From Thermodesulfobacteriota bacterium (GTDB lineage: Bacteria; Desulfobacterota; Binatia; Bin18): DNA of 64,000 nt. Each line of letters starts with the position of its first letter. Within the stretch, counting starts at the first letter, position 1. The notes under the pieces were generated by a model. The model made no database searches. It worked only from the letters and a program-made list of their open reading frames with translations, and had not been told where the DNA came from. Positions 10,517-20,802 of this stretch are shown piece after piece. The stretch covers positions 4,640,001-4,704,000 of the forward strand of contig OZ219926.1 of assembly GCA_964291405.2 (NCBI GenBank). Reading direction: 5' to 3'. The position numbers were made by a program, and so were the translations under genes.

Positions 10517-10976
10517 AGAGACCATGTCCCTTGGGCGCCAGATTGGGCGTCTCCTGGCCCCCGGTATGATCCTTGGGCTGTGTGGCGACTTGGGCACGGG
10601 CAAGACCTGCCTGGTAAAAGGCATAGCGGACGGACTCGGGATTGCCCCTGAAACCATTACCAGCCCCACCTTTACTCTTGTAGCCGAACATTATAGGGGA
10701 AGGATGCCGCTCTACCATATCGATCTCTACCGGCTTGAAGGGGTAGAAGACGAAGAACTGGGCTATGAGGAATATCTCTTCGGGCACGGGGTTGCGGCTA
10801 TTGAGTGGTTTCCGTTTCTGCCGAACGGTGTACGTGATTCGCTAGAAGAATACCTGCTGATTGCGGTCGAGTACGGAGAGGAGGACAGGCGCACGCTGAC
10901 CCTGACTCCGTACGGGGAACGCTACGAGCGGCTGGTTACTCAGATATGCAGGGAGAGTAAGAAGCACCGATGTTGA
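10485..10976 (+). CDS. tsaE: tRNA threonylcarbamoyladenosine biosynthesis ATPase
   Basis: [21 protein letters not shown] and IEW motifs; start codon approximate. Confidence 0.92.
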   Translation: MPHIIPTFSAEETMSLGRQIGRLLAPGMILGLCGDLGTGKTCLVKGIADGLGIAPETITSPTFTLVAEHYRGRMPLYHIDLYRLEGVEDEELGYEEYLFGHGVAAIEWFPFLPNGVRDSLEEYLLIAVEYGEEDRRTLTLTPYGERYERLVTQICRESKKHRC

Positions 10977-12181
10977 TTGTCCAGAAATACGGCGGCACTT
11001 CGGTCGGCTCGATTGACCGAATCCAGGAAGTGGCCGAACGGGCAGCCGCCACGCGCGGCGCCGGTCATCAGGTCGCCGTCGTGCTGTCCGCGATGAGCGG
11101 TGAAACAAACCGCCTGCTCGCCCTGGCACGACAGATTGCCGAACAGCCCGATGCACGCGAGAGCGATGTGCTCGTCTCAACGGGTGAGCAGGTCTCGATC
11201 GCTCTGCTTGCCATGGCCCTCAAAGCGAGAGGGGTGCCGGCGGTGTCGCTGCTTGGCCATCAGGTCCAGATCGAAACCGATGCCGCCTATGGTCGGGCAC
11301 GGATTACGCAGGTCCGGACGCCACGCCTGTTGAGCACGCTGAAGGACGGCAATATTGTTGTGATCGCCGGCTTTCAGGGTGTGAACACGCAGCAGGATAT
11401 TACCACCCTGGGGCGGGGCGGCTCGGACACGACCGCGGTGGCCATTGCCGCAGCACTACAGGCGGATGTGTGTGAGATCTACACCGATGTTGACGGCGTG
11501 TATAGCGCCGACCCACGCATCTGTCCCCATGCCCATAAGCTGGAGCGTATCTCCTATGACGAGATGCTCGAACTCGCCAGTTTGGGCGCAAAAGTGCTCC
11601 AAATCCGCTCAGTAGAATTTGCCAAGCGCTACCAGGTCCCGGTGCATGTCCGCTCAAGCTTCTCGCAGGACGAAGGAACGTGGTTAGTGCCGGAGGATCA
11701 AAGTATGGAAGAGGTAACGGTCTCGGGTGTCACGTCTGATCTGGATCAGGCGAAAATCACCCTGATGCGAGTGCCTGACCGGCCAGGCCTGGCCGCCAAG
11801 CTGTTCGCACCCATTGCGCAAGACAATATCGTCGTGGACATGATCATCCAGAATGCCAGCGCAGACGAAAAGACCGATGTCACCTTTACGGTCCCGCGCG
11901 GGGATGTGCAGAAGGCGCTTGAGCGGGTTGAAAATGTGGCACCGGAGATCGGGGCAGAGGATGTTGTCTACGACACCGAAGTCGTCAAGGTCTCGATTGT
12001 GGGGCTGGGCATGCGCAGCCACGCGGGGGTGGCTTCCCGCATGTTTGAAGTGTTGGCCGCAGAAGGGATCAACATCCAGATGATTTCAACCTCGGAGATT
12101 AAAATCTCTATCGTGATTGCCGCCAAGTATGCCGAGCTGGCCGTGCGGGTGCTGCACGATGCCTTTATCTCCTCTGCCTAG
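10970..12181 (+). CDS. lysC: Aspartate kinase
   Basis: [20 protein letters not shown] and YTDVDG motifs; two ACT domains. Confidence 0.96.
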   Translation: MLIVQKYGGTSVGSIDRIQEVAERAAATRGAGHQVAVVLSAMSGETNRLLALARQIAEQPDARESDVLVSTGEQVSIALLAMALKARGVPAVSLLGHQVQIETDAAYGRARITQVRTPRLLSTLKDGNIVVIAGFQGVNTQQDITTLGRGGSDTTAVAIAAALQADVCEIYTDVDGVYSADPRICPHAHKLERISYDEMLELASLGAKVLQIRSVEFAKRYQVPVHVRSSFSQDEGTWLVPEDQSMEEVTVSGVTSDLDQAKITLMRVPDRPGLAAKLFAPIAQDNIVVDMIIQNASADEKTDVTFTVPRGDVQKALERVENVAPEIGAEDVVYDTEVVKVSIVGLGMRSHAGVASRMFEVLAAEGINIQMISTSEIKISIVIAAKYAELAVRVLHDAFISSA

Positions 12182-12228
12182 CCAACGAGGCAGATACTCA
12201 AGACGATCGGGAAATATGTGAGAGAGTT

Positions 12229-13809
12229 ATGAACAAGACGCCCACGGTCACGCTATACGACACAACCTTACGGGACGGGTGTCAGTCTGAGGATGTTTCG
12301 CTCACCCTGGATGACAAATTACGCATTGCCCAGGAACTGGACGCCTTCGGTGTGCACTACATCGAGGGTGGCTGGCCAGGCTCGAATCCCCGCGACGAAG
12401 AGTTTTTTGAAGCGGTCAAAAAACTCGACCTGAAGCAGGCCAAGATCGCCGCCTTTGGTTCCACCCGGCGGGTGAATAGCACAGCCGCGGACGACCTGAA
12501 TATCCGCTTGCTCATACAGGCTGCCACCCCGGTGGTAACTGTTGTGGGCAAGACCTGGGACCTCCACGTTCGAGACGATCTGCGCATCTCAAAAGAGGCC
12601 AATATTGAAGTCATCGGCGATTCGATTGCCTATCTGAAGCAGCGCGTCGATGAGGTTATTTTTGATGCCGAGCACTTCTTTGACGGCTTCAAGGCCAACC
12701 CAGGCTACGCACTGGAATGCCTCACCACCGCGGCTCAGGCTGGCGCGGACATCCTGGTGTTATGCGACACGCGCGGTGGGAGCATGCCGCACGACATTCG
12801 TGCCGGTATGCAGGCAGCCTTTCAAGCGGTCGAGGTGAAGCTCGGTATTCACTGTCACAACGACTGTGAATTGGCCGTGGCAAACTCGCTCGCCGGGGTG
12901 GAAAGCGGAGCCGTTCAGGTCCAGGGAACGATTAACGGCTTTGGCGAGCGGTGTGGCAACGCCAACCTGTGTTCCGTCATTCCCAACTTACAGCTCAAGA
13001 TGGGCTACCGCTGTGTTGGTCCTCAGCAGCTCAAGCATCTCCCCCAGTTGTCTCGTCTGGTGTACGAGCTGGCCAATATCGAACCGAGTAAACGCCAGGC
13101 CTATGTCGGCGCAAGCGCCTTTGCGCACAAGGGCGGCCTGCATGTCGCTGCAGTTCAGAAAAACAGCGAAACCTATGAACACATCAACCCGGAACTGATT
13201 GGCAACACCCAGCGCGTGCTGGTCTCCGACCTATCCGGGCGGAGCAATGTTCTGTACAAGGCCAAAGAGTTCGGCCTGGATATCGAGAGCGCCGATCCCG
13301 CGGTCAAGAACATCCTGAATGAGGTCAAGCAGCTTGAGCACTCAGGCTTTCAGTACGAAGGGGCCGAGGCCTCGTTTGAGCTCCTCATGCGTAAAGCCCT
13401 GAATGGCACGGTCCGCCATTTTCGTCTCATCGGGTTTCGGGTGATAGACGAAAAACGGAAAGAGGATGAGCCGCCACTGTCCGAAGCCACCATTATGCTG
13501 GAAGGGCCGGACGGCCAGATAGAGCATACCGCAGCCCAGGGCAATGGGCCGGTCAATGCCCTGGACCAGGCCCTACGCAAAGCCCTGACTAAATTTTATC
13601 CCCAACTCGAATCGGTCGAACTGCACGACTATAAAGTCCGGGTCTTGGGTGCGGGCGAGGGGACCAGCGCCACGGTGCGGGTTCTGATTGAATCCGGTGA
13701 TGAAACCGACCGGTGGGGAACCGTGGGCGTGTCTCATAATGTCATAGAGGCAAGCTGGCAGGCACTGGTGGACAGCATGGAGTTCAAGCTGCAAAAAGAT
13801 ACCCACTGA
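12229..13809 (+). CDS. cimA: Citramalate synthase
   Basis: [36 protein letters not shown] and YEHINPE motifs; LeuA-type regulatory domain. Confidence 0.93.
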   Translation: MNKTPTVTLYDTTLRDGCQSEDVSLTLDDKLRIAQELDAFGVHYIEGGWPGSNPRDEEFFEAVKKLDLKQAKIAAFGSTRRVNSTAADDLNIRLLIQAATPVVTVVGKTWDLHVRDDLRISKEANIEVIGDSIAYLKQRVDEVIFDAEHFFDGFKANPGYALECLTTAAQAGADILVLCDTRGGSMPHDIRAGMQAAFQAVEVKLGIHCHNDCELAVANSLAGVESGAVQVQGTINGFGERCGNANLCSVIPNLQLKMGYRCVGPQQLKHLPQLSRLVYELANIEPSKRQAYVGASAFAHKGGLHVAAVQKNSETYEHINPELIGNTQRVLVSDLSGRSNVLYKAKEFGLDIESADPAVKNILNEVKQLEHSGFQYEGAEASFELLMRKALNGTVRHFRLIGFRVIDEKRKEDEPPLSEATIMLEGPDGQIEHTAAQGNGPVNALDQALRKALTKFYPQLESVELHDYKVRVLGAGEGTSATVRVLIESGDETDRWGTVGVSHNVIEASWQALVDSMEFKLQKDTH

Positions 13810-13810
13810 T

Positions 13811-14800
13811 ATGGCCGAACAATCGAGCCCGCTCGTCCACGCCGTCATTGGCGGAGCGCTGATGGGACTGGCCAATCTCGTTCCTGGTATCAGTGGCGGC
13901 ACCATGCTACTGATCACTGGCGTCTATCCCGGCTTTATTGGGGCCATAGCTGAAGTCACGACATTGCGCTGGCGTTGGTCGTCTGTGGTGCTGCTGGGTA
14001 CGATTGGCGCCGCCGCAATCCTGGCCATTCTGCTCCTTGCCGGGCCCACCAAAACACTGGTTATTACGCACCGCTGGATCATGTACAGCCTGTTCATTGG
14101 CCTCACGCTGGGGAGCGTGCCGCTCCTGTGGCGTCTTGCTCAGCCGGTGTCGCCGCGCTTTTTCACCAGCGCCGGGGTCACTTTTCTGCTGATGGTCCTG
14201 CTCGCCTTTGGAACGCCGATACAAACGGGACCAGGAGATGAATCGCTCGGCTTACTCTTTCTTGCCGGTCTGGCTGGGGCCAGTGCCATGGTACTGCCCG
14301 GTATATCCGGGGGCTATCTCCTCCTCTTGCTCGGCCAATATGTGCCCATCCTCAGGAGTATAGAAAAACTGCGCCTGGGCCTGTTTGGAGCGGGCGAGCA
14401 GGCCGGGTTGCACTGGCCCCTGGTTCACGAGGCGTTATGGGTCGTCATCCCGGTCGGCCTTGGCGTGGTAGCGGGCATTGTCGGGGTCAGCAATCTCATC
14501 CGCTGGTTGCTGAAACACCACCGAACGGCCACACTCGGTGCCCTCATGGGCCTGGTACTTGGGGCCATTGTTGGCCTGTGGCCATTTCAGGCCGGCGTCC
14601 CGCCTCAGGTGGGCGAGCGGATACACGGTCAGGTGGTCACCTCGGAAACACGCTCCCGGATCGATGTCGAAGACTGGTCAGTCCGGCGGTTTTCGCCCAG
14701 CGGCGGGCAGATAGGCGCTGCGCTGGGACTGATCGTTCTGGGAGCGGGCACAACGCTTGGCCTGGATCGACTTAAGAACCGCGCTGCTCCGGCGCGCTGA
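13811..14800 (+). CDS. DUF368 family membrane protein (undecaprenyl-phosphate translocase family)
   Basis: Duplicated PGISGG motifs (LANLVPGISGGT, AMVLPGISGG); multiple TM helices. Confidence 0.85.
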   Translation: MAEQSSPLVHAVIGGALMGLANLVPGISGGTMLLITGVYPGFIGAIAEVTTLRWRWSSVVLLGTIGAAAILAILLLAGPTKTLVITHRWIMYSLFIGLTLGSVPLLWRLAQPVSPRFFTSAGVTFLLMVLLAFGTPIQTGPGDESLGLLFLAGLAGASAMVLPGISGGYLLLLLGQYVPILRSIEKLRLGLFGAGEQAGLHWPLVHEALWVVIPVGLGVVAGIVGVSNLIRWLLKHHRTATLGALMGLVLGAIVGLWPFQAGVPPQVGERIHGQVVTSETRSRIDVEDWSVRRFSPSGGQIGAALGLIVLGAGTTLGLDRLKNRAAPAR

Positions 14801-14825
14801 GCGCGTCTTGCCCTGGCCTTATTCC

Positions 14826-14854
14826 TTGACAAAGCGGCGCGGGCGTCTGACAAT
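14826..14854 (+). promoter_or_regulatory. Putative sigma70 promoter
   Basis: TTGACA-N17-GACAAT upstream of the LysM/M23 gene. Confidence 0.6.
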
Positions 14855-14910
14855 AATTCATAGCGCGCATGATTGCGGGCGAATAGTTTGCTCTAGGAGA
14901 GGAAGAAGCA

Positions 14911-15657
14911 GTGTGGCGGTGGGGTGGAGTGGTCCTGGGCGTCTTCCTATGTGTACTGGTCGGTCTTTCAGCGTGTTCCCGCAGCCAGTACAGATATCAC
15001 GTCGTTCGGCCCGGTGAGACGCTGTCCGAGATCGGGTATGCGTACCGCATTCCGTATCAGAAGCTGGCAGCGCTGAACGGGATACGCAATCCGGACCGTA
15101 TAGAGGCCGGACAACGCCTGCGTATGCCGCCCGGAGCCAGATACAACAGGTCCAGAGCGGCAACAGCCCGGTCTTCCCGCTCCAGGCACGAGAAGAGGCA
15201 GGCCCGGTCACGCTGGAGGTCGAAAGCGCCCGCCGCTCACCAGCCCATTCCCAAGGATACGGAAAAGCTCTTCAGTTGGCCGCTCAGTGGAAGGTTGACC
15301 TCCCGTTTCGGTCCGCGTAATGGGAGCTTCCACGATGGTATCGACATTGCCGCCCCGGCCGGCACCCCGGTCCGTGCGGCAGCCGCAGGGCGGGTCATCT
15401 TTAGCGACGCATTACGCGGCTATGGCAATGTTGTTATTGTGAAGCACGCCAATGGCTTCACCACCGTGTACGCGCACCATCGCCGTAATCTCGTGAAAGA
15501 CGGCCAGATAGTCCAGCGGGGCGAGATTATCGGCGAAGTTGGAGAAAGCGGCCGGGTAACCGGCCCCAGCTTACACTTTGAGGTCCGCAGTGGTAAAAAC
15601 GCCCGCAACCCGCTCCATTATTTGACCCCCGTGCGCCACGCGACACAGCAGAAATAA
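14911..15657 (+). CDS. LysM + M23 peptidase lipoprotein (NlpD-like)
   Basis: Lipobox LSAC, LysM (HVVRPGETLSEI), M23 motifs HDGID, YAH and LHFEVR. Confidence 0.9.
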   Translation: MWRWGGVVLGVFLCVLVGLSACSRSQYRYHVVRPGETLSEIGYAYRIPYQKLAALNGIRNPDRIEAGQRLRMPPGARYNRSRAATARSSRSRHEKRQARSRWRSKAPAAHQPIPKDTEKLFSWPLSGRLTSRFGPRNGSFHDGIDIAAPAGTPVRAAAAGRVIFSDALRGYGNVVIVKHANGFTTVYAHHRRNLVKDGQIVQRGEIIGEVGESGRVTGPSLHFEVRSGKNARNPLHYLTPVRHATQQK

Positions 15658-15695
15658 AACCGGACAAGGATAAACCAGAGATTGAGGAGACGCGC

Positions 15696-16217
15696 ATGCC
15701 GGACTTGAAAACATTGATTCGTGAGGTCCCGGATTTTCCCCAACCGGGTATCCTCTTTAAGGACATTACGCCCTTACTCACCAATGGGCCGGCCTGGCAG
15801 CAGGTAATAGACCAACTCGCCGACCGGTATCGAAACAAAATCGATGTCGTTCTGGGGATTGAGTCGCGTGGGTTTCTCTTTGGCTCGGCACTGGCCTATG
15901 CGTTGGGCTGTGGCCATGCTCTGGTTCGCAAACCCGGCAAGCTGCCGGCAGCAACCTTTGCGGCAAGCTACGAACTCGAGTATGGAACGGACACGGTAGA
16001 GATTCATCAGGATGCATTCCCGCCGAACAGTCGCGTCTTGCTGATCGATGATCTCTTGGCAACCGGTGGCACGGCACAAGCCGCCCTTTCGCTGGCGGAA
16101 AAACTCCAGGCCCACATCGTGGAGGCCGCCTTTTTGATAGAGCTGTCCTTTTTGGGTGGCCGAGAACGCCTTGCCCCGCATGCCGTCTTTTCCTTTATCC
16201 AGTATGACGGGGAATGA
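15696..16217 (+). CDS. apt: Adenine phosphoribosyltransferase
   Basis: PDFPQPGILFKDITP, RKPGKLP, YELEYG and IDDLLATGGT motifs. Confidence 0.96.
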   Translation: MPDLKTLIREVPDFPQPGILFKDITPLLTNGPAWQQVIDQLADRYRNKIDVVLGIESRGFLFGSALAYALGCGHALVRKPGKLPAATFAASYELEYGTDTVEIHQDAFPPNSRVLLIDDLLATGGTAQAALSLAEKLQAHIVEAAFLIELSFLGGRERLAPHAVFSFIQYDGE

Positions 16218-16281
16218 GGGCGCCGGCCGACAGTGGTACACGTTGCTGGACTCCTGGCTGTGATTAAAGCATAAGGCATAC

Positions 16282-17148
16282 GTGGCGGCCTATTTTCTTC
16301 TCTTTGGCGTGGTGTGTTTATGGGCAATGAATTTCCCGGCCGGGAAGTTCATGCTGGGCGCGGTTGGGCCGCTGACCTTGATTGCTCTCCGCACGGTCGT
16401 CGGCGCGGTGCTCCTGACGCTCATGGGCTGGAAGTCGCAGCCCGATTGGTGGGCGGAACTCCGAAAAGACCTGAGAAGTACGGTCGTGATGACCCTCACC
16501 GGCGTGATTGGAGCCGGAACGCTTTTTTATATTGGCCTCAAGACGACATCCGCCTCGAATGCGGGGATTATCGCCGCCTCCACCCCGATGTGGGTTGCCC
16601 TCTTTTCCTGGGCCTTCTTGAAGGAGCAGCTTTCCCTTATCAATGTCTCGGGTATTCTGCTGTCCTTTGTGGGCCTTGTTGCCATTATTTGTCAGGGCTC
16701 TCTGGATATTCTCTTTGATCTGTCTTTGAATTGGGGAGATTTATATATCCTGCTCGGCCAAATCAGTTGGTCGTCGTATACCGTCTATAGTCGGGTGGCA
16801 CTGGCGCACCGTTCGGCGGCCGCGGCAACGGCGAGTTCATATATCGCCGGGACCTTTATTTTGGTCCCGCTGTGTCTGATCGAAGCGCCGTTCAGCGCCG
16901 TCTTTGATTTTTCACCTCTCGTCCTGATCGCCCTCGGCTTTCTCTCGGTGCTGTCTCCGATGACGAATCTCCTGTACTACCAGGCCCTGACCAGAGTGAG
17001 TCCCCACCGGGCGGCGGTGTTCATGAACCTCATTCCGATCATCACGATGATCTCATCAGCAATTTTTCTCGGAGAACAGATCACGCGAGTACAGATCACC
17101 GGGACTGCCTGCGTGATCGGCGGCGTTGTACTGACGACAAAGCAGTGA
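16282..17148 (+). CDS. DMT/EamA family transporter
   Basis: About 10 TM helices in two EamA repeats. Confidence 0.88.
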   Translation: MAAYFLLFGVVCLWAMNFPAGKFMLGAVGPLTLIALRTVVGAVLLTLMGWKSQPDWWAELRKDLRSTVVMTLTGVIGAGTLFYIGLKTTSASNAGIIAASTPMWVALFSWAFLKEQLSLINVSGILLSFVGLVAIICQGSLDILFDLSLNWGDLYILLGQISWSSYTVYSRVALAHRSAAAATASSYIAGTFILVPLCLIEAPFSAVFDFSPLVLIALGFLSVLSPMTNLLYYQALTRVSPHRAAVFMNLIPIITMISSAIFLGEQITRVQITGTACVIGGVVLTTKQ

Positions 17149-17259
17149 TGTCCCGTTCCGGTTCTCACTGCGTAATATACAGATGCGCTTGCGAGGGGAG
17201 GGGCCTATCAGCTAAATCGATAGGACTAAAAGGGTAATCCCTCCACGGAGGAGCAAACT

Positions 17260-17931
17260 ATGCAGGAGCCTTCTCGTCCAGTTGAGGTGCAAAAGCTTCG
17301 TCGAGCGAAGCGCTCACGAGAAAATTTGATGAAGGGAACGGCGCTTCTCCTTCTGATTATCCTCGGCACGACAACCCTGCTGCGATCCTTTGGTCCGAGT
17401 TCCATTTTGTGGCTGGCGGGTGGCGTTGGAGCCTGGTTGCTCATCAGTACTTTTGCACGTCGTCGCCCCAGTGCCGCTGAACGCTCTCGACAAGCGGAAG
17501 CGTCTCAACAGGTTGAAACCGATCAGATGGAGGGGCCAGAATTCCTGGAACAGGCCATTGGCGTCCTTCAGGCGCAAGGGTATGAAACGCAGATACAGAA
17601 CGTGTCCGATGACTCAGCTACCTATCTACAGCTTGACAGAGGTGACGAACGGGTCTGGTGTCTGGTCGAATATGCACCGGTGGACGAGGCGGTGCTTGAC
17701 GCGGCCCGTGAGGCGTTGAAAAAGACCGACTGCAACCAGGTTATGGTCCTGAGCCCGCACAAATCGTCAGCGCAAGTGCAGGTAGCCGCATTGCAGCAGG
17801 GCGTGGTGCTGATCGACCAGGACGAGTTTTTGAGATTGCGGTCCTTGCAGGTAAAGGGGCATCGCGTTCATGCCTTTCGTTCCGGTGAGGCGCGCCAAAC
17901 CCCCACCCGCATACCCCGCCGCAAACGCTAG
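17260..17931 (+). CDS. Membrane-anchored protein with a degenerate Mrr-like (restriction endonuclease fold) domain
   Basis: Two N-terminal TM helices, then DQMEGPEF...LQAQGY...VVLIDQDE, resembling Mrr_cat; catalytic residues look eroded. Confidence 0.55.
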   Translation: MQEPSRPVEVQKLRRAKRSRENLMKGTALLLLIILGTTTLLRSFGPSSILWLAGGVGAWLLISTFARRRPSAAERSRQAEASQQVETDQMEGPEFLEQAIGVLQAQGYETQIQNVSDDSATYLQLDRGDERVWCLVEYAPVDEAVLDAAREALKKTDCNQVMVLSPHKSSAQVQVAALQQGVVLIDQDEFLRLRSLQVKGHRVHAFRSGEARQTPTRIPRRKR

Positions 17932-17950
17932 TCGGCGGTCGTGTGTCGTC

Positions 17951-18493
17951 ATGCTGACTTTTATTTCCGGGAATACCAACAAGGTTCGGGAATGCGAACG
18001 TCTGCTTGGTGCGACGCTGGCGTATGCGTCGCTGCCGCTCGACGAAATTCAGTCTATTGACCCACTGCCGGTCGTCGAGCACAAGGCCCGGCTGGCCTAC
18101 ACCGCACTTAGCCGCCCCGTCCTGGTTGAAGACACGGGTTTGGCCTTTGCCGCCTGGAATGGGTTGCCCGGCGCGTTAATCAAATGGTTTCTCAGCAGTC
18201 TTGGTCCCGAGGGCCTGTGTCGGATGATGCGGGCGGAGACGAATCGGGCGGCAACGGCCACAACGCTGCTTGGCTATTGTGACGGTGAAAGCGTGCGCAC
18301 CTTTGTCGGCACAGTCCAGGGTTCCATTCCCTATCAGCCGCGGGGCACACAAGGGTTTGGCTGGGATGCGATTTTTCAGCCAGAGGCGAGTGCTCTCACT
18401 TTTGCCGAAATGAGCGCCGCAGAAAAAGATCGTTTTTCCATGCGACGCAAGGCGCTTGAGGCATTCCAGGCATCGGGTCTGCTGGCTGGCTGA
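17951..18493 (+). CDS. Non-canonical purine NTP pyrophosphatase (ITPase/Ham1)
   Basis: SGNTNK, EIQ, VEDTGL, GLPG, FGWDAIF and FAEM motifs; SMR in place of the usual SHR. Confidence 0.9.
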   Translation: MLTFISGNTNKVRECERLLGATLAYASLPLDEIQSIDPLPVVEHKARLAYTALSRPVLVEDTGLAFAAWNGLPGALIKWFLSSLGPEGLCRMMRAETNRAATATTLLGYCDGESVRTFVGTVQGSIPYQPRGTQGFGWDAIFQPEASALTFAEMSAAEKDRFSMRRKALEAFQASGLLAG

Positions 18494-18521
18494 GCCGTTG
18501 ACCTGCATGAGTCTGACGCGC

Positions 18522-19595
18522 ATGGTGGGTAGGCGCTCCGTTGAAAACACACTCCTGTTCGACATCCTGCCGCGGGTGAGTCGATCGTTTTACCTGAGTG
18601 TCCGGATTCTCCCCAAGGCGCTCCGACGACCGATCGGGCTGGCCTATTTGTTCTGCCGGGCCGCGGACACCATAGCGGATACGCGCCTCGTTCCGCGGGC
18701 GGACCGCTTGGAGCGCCTGCTGGAGTATCGAGCCGCGTTTGCAGAGCAGAATCTAACGGTCTGTCAGACCCTGGAGAGCGAGCTTGCCCCGCGCCAGGAC
18801 AATCCCGCCGAGCGTACTTTACTCTCAAGTCTCGGACAGTGCTTCTCGTGCCTGGACGCACTCGACCCGCAAGATCAGGCCCATATCCGTACGCTCGTCC
18901 TTACCCTGACGCAGGGGATGCAAATGGATCTGACGGTGTTCCCGTCCGAAGAGGAGGGGCGGGTTGGCGTGCTGGAAACGCGGGCCGACCTGGACCGCTA
19001 CACCTATTTTGTGGCCGGATGTGTCGGCGAGTTCTGGACGAAAATCTCTCTGAACCATACTGCCTCGCTGCACCACTGGAATGCCGAAGACATGCTGGCA
19101 CGGGCGGTACGATTTGGCAAAGGCCTGCAACTCACCAATATCCTGCGCGACCTTGCACAAGACCTGCGGATCGGACGCTGCTATCTCCCCCGGACCGATC
19201 TCTCTGCCATTGGGGTGGAACCGGAACAACTGCGCGGAGCGGACCGGCGGGAAGCCCTGAAGACGATCCGGCCGCTGTTGAGTGAGTTGCTGGAGGTTAC
19301 CCTGAGCCATTATCAAGAGGGCTGGGTCTATACTCAGGCCATCCCCAGACGAGAGTGGCAACTGCGCCTCGCCTGCGCCTGGCCTTTGCTCATCGGTGCC
19401 GCAACCGTCCATCTCCTGCGTGACGCGCCAGACCTGCTCGATCCGGCCGTCCGGGTGAAGATTCCACGTGTACACCTCTATCGAATCCTCCTTGGCTCCT
19501 TGATGACGGTCTGGTCAAATCGGGCGCTGACACGCCATTACCACGCGGTCCGCTTTCCTGGCCAGGACCTGGATTCAGTCGAGCACTCCCTATGA
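18522..19595 (+). CDS. Squalene/phytoene synthase family protein (squalene synthase-like)
   Basis: VSRSF, ADTIAD, YTYFVAGCVG, GLQLTNILRDLAQD and RCYLP motifs; start uncertain. Confidence 0.85.
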   Translation: MVGRRSVENTLLFDILPRVSRSFYLSVRILPKALRRPIGLAYLFCRAADTIADTRLVPRADRLERLLEYRAAFAEQNLTVCQTLESELAPRQDNPAERTLLSSLGQCFSCLDALDPQDQAHIRTLVLTLTQGMQMDLTVFPSEEEGRVGVLETRADLDRYTYFVAGCVGEFWTKISLNHTASLHHWNAEDMLARAVRFGKGLQLTNILRDLAQDLRIGRCYLPRTDLSAIGVEPEQLRGADRREALKTIRPLLSELLEVTLSHYQEGWVYTQAIPRREWQLRLACAWPLLIGAATVHLLRDAPDLLDPAVRVKIPRVHLYRILLGSLMTVWSNRALTRHYHAVRFPGQDLDSVEHSL

Positions 19596-20170
19596 AAAAA
19601 GAAACGCAGAAAACCCTGGGACGAAGCCGGCGTGGAAACGCCTGGCAGGGGCAGACCTTGCCTGACTATTTAAGAAAAAATTTGGATATTGTGTTTGTCG
19701 GTCTGAATCCCGGCCTCTATTCTGCCGAAGTCGGCCATTATTTTGCCAACAAGGTCAATCGTTTCTGGGAGGCGCTGTCGGCTTCAGGCCTGGTTCCCGA
19801 CCCGGTTGGGCCGGAAGATGACGCCCGACTCATGGGCTGGGGCATTGGGCTGACCGATATCGTCAAGCGTCCGACCAGAGGTATTCATGAGGTCTCGCAA
19901 GCTGAGTTTCGTCGCGGCGCAAAAGCGCTCCGCGAAAAAATTGTTCGTTATGCGCCGCGTATCGTATGCTTTAATGGTCTGACCGGCTACCGCATCTGTT
20001 GTGGTAAAGATGCCGGGCTGGGCGACCGGGACCACCGCTTTGGTGGTGCCCATGTGTTCGCGGTGCCCTCGACCAGCCCACGGAATGCGCACTACTCGCT
20101 GAACGATATTGTTGCGGCGCTGCGCGATCTCAAGGAGTTCAAAGAGTCGCTCCAGGCCAAGGCTCGTTAA
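19592..20170 (+). CDS. mug: G/U mismatch-specific DNA glycosylase
   Basis: VGLNPGLYS, GHYFA, NRFW and VPSTS motifs. Confidence 0.9.
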   Translation: MKKETQKTLGRSRRGNAWQGQTLPDYLRKNLDIVFVGLNPGLYSAEVGHYFANKVNRFWEALSASGLVPDPVGPEDDARLMGWGIGLTDIVKRPTRGIHEVSQAEFRRGAKALREKIVRYAPRIVCFNGLTGYRICCGKDAGLGDRDHRFGGAHVFAVPSTSPRNAHYSLNDIVAALRDLKEFKESLQAKAR

Positions 20171-20190
20171 AGCATAGACTCACGACGAAT

Positions 20191-20538
20191 TTAGGCGTCA
20201 CCCCGATACGGACGGGTCACCACCCGAGCGCCGTTATGGATAAAGAAGGAGCGGACGATATTCTCCAAATCGTGTCCGACGCGGGGATTCGAGGTCTGGG
20301 TTTTGACGAATTTCTTGAGACGGCGAATAAAATCGACCTTCTCTCCTCTGTCCGCGAGGGCCTCGACAATAACCGTATCCGGGTCCTTTTCCTCAGACCG
20401 GCAGAAATCGGCCAAGGTCTGAAGGCGACTATCCCACTCCTCATCGCTGAGATTGTAATAGCGATTGACGTTCTCGATCCACTTTTGGACGCTGGGATAA
20501 GATTTCAAGTCGTTCATGGTTGCTGTGTTTCTCTCCAT
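20191..20538 (-). CDS. Hypothetical small helical protein (paralog of 21665-22024)
   Basis: Shares VQxW, LxDFC...KxPDxxIxExL and NxxRSFxIHNG with the 21665 ORF. Confidence 0.75.
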   Translation of the reverse strand: MERNTATMNDLKSYPSVQKWIENVNRYYNLSDEEWDSRLQTLADFCRSEEKDPDTVIVEALADRGEKVDFIRRLKKFVKTQTSNPRVGHDLENIVRSFFIHNGARVVTRPYRGDA

Positions 20539-20557
20539 TCGTCAGCTACCCTCTCCT

Positions 20558-20761
20558 GACGTGTGATGCAGATTGTGGCGTGAGCCTCCCGGGACCGGTC
20601 CGGCGGCCCCCGCCTCGGGCCGCTCGCCCTCCCGCTTCCTGGGAGCGCGGCCATCTTGGCCGCTTGCGGGCTGAAAGCCCGCACTCCTGGCCCCCTGTCG
20701 CAGACAGGAACTGCGCAGGGGAGCGAGGGGCCGCCGAGTAATGTCATTTGCATCACACGTC
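20558..20761. mobile_element. MITE (204 bp), 16-bp terminal inverted repeats, 4-bp TCCT target duplication
   Basis: GACGTGTGATGCAGAT...ATTTGCATCACACGTC (15/16 match), TCCT on both flanks; it interrupts a CCCTCTCC-GGAGAGGG REP. Confidence 0.8.
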
Positions 20762-20802
20762 TCCTGCTGGGAGAGGGGCTGCGGGTGAGGGTGTATATGC
20801 TC

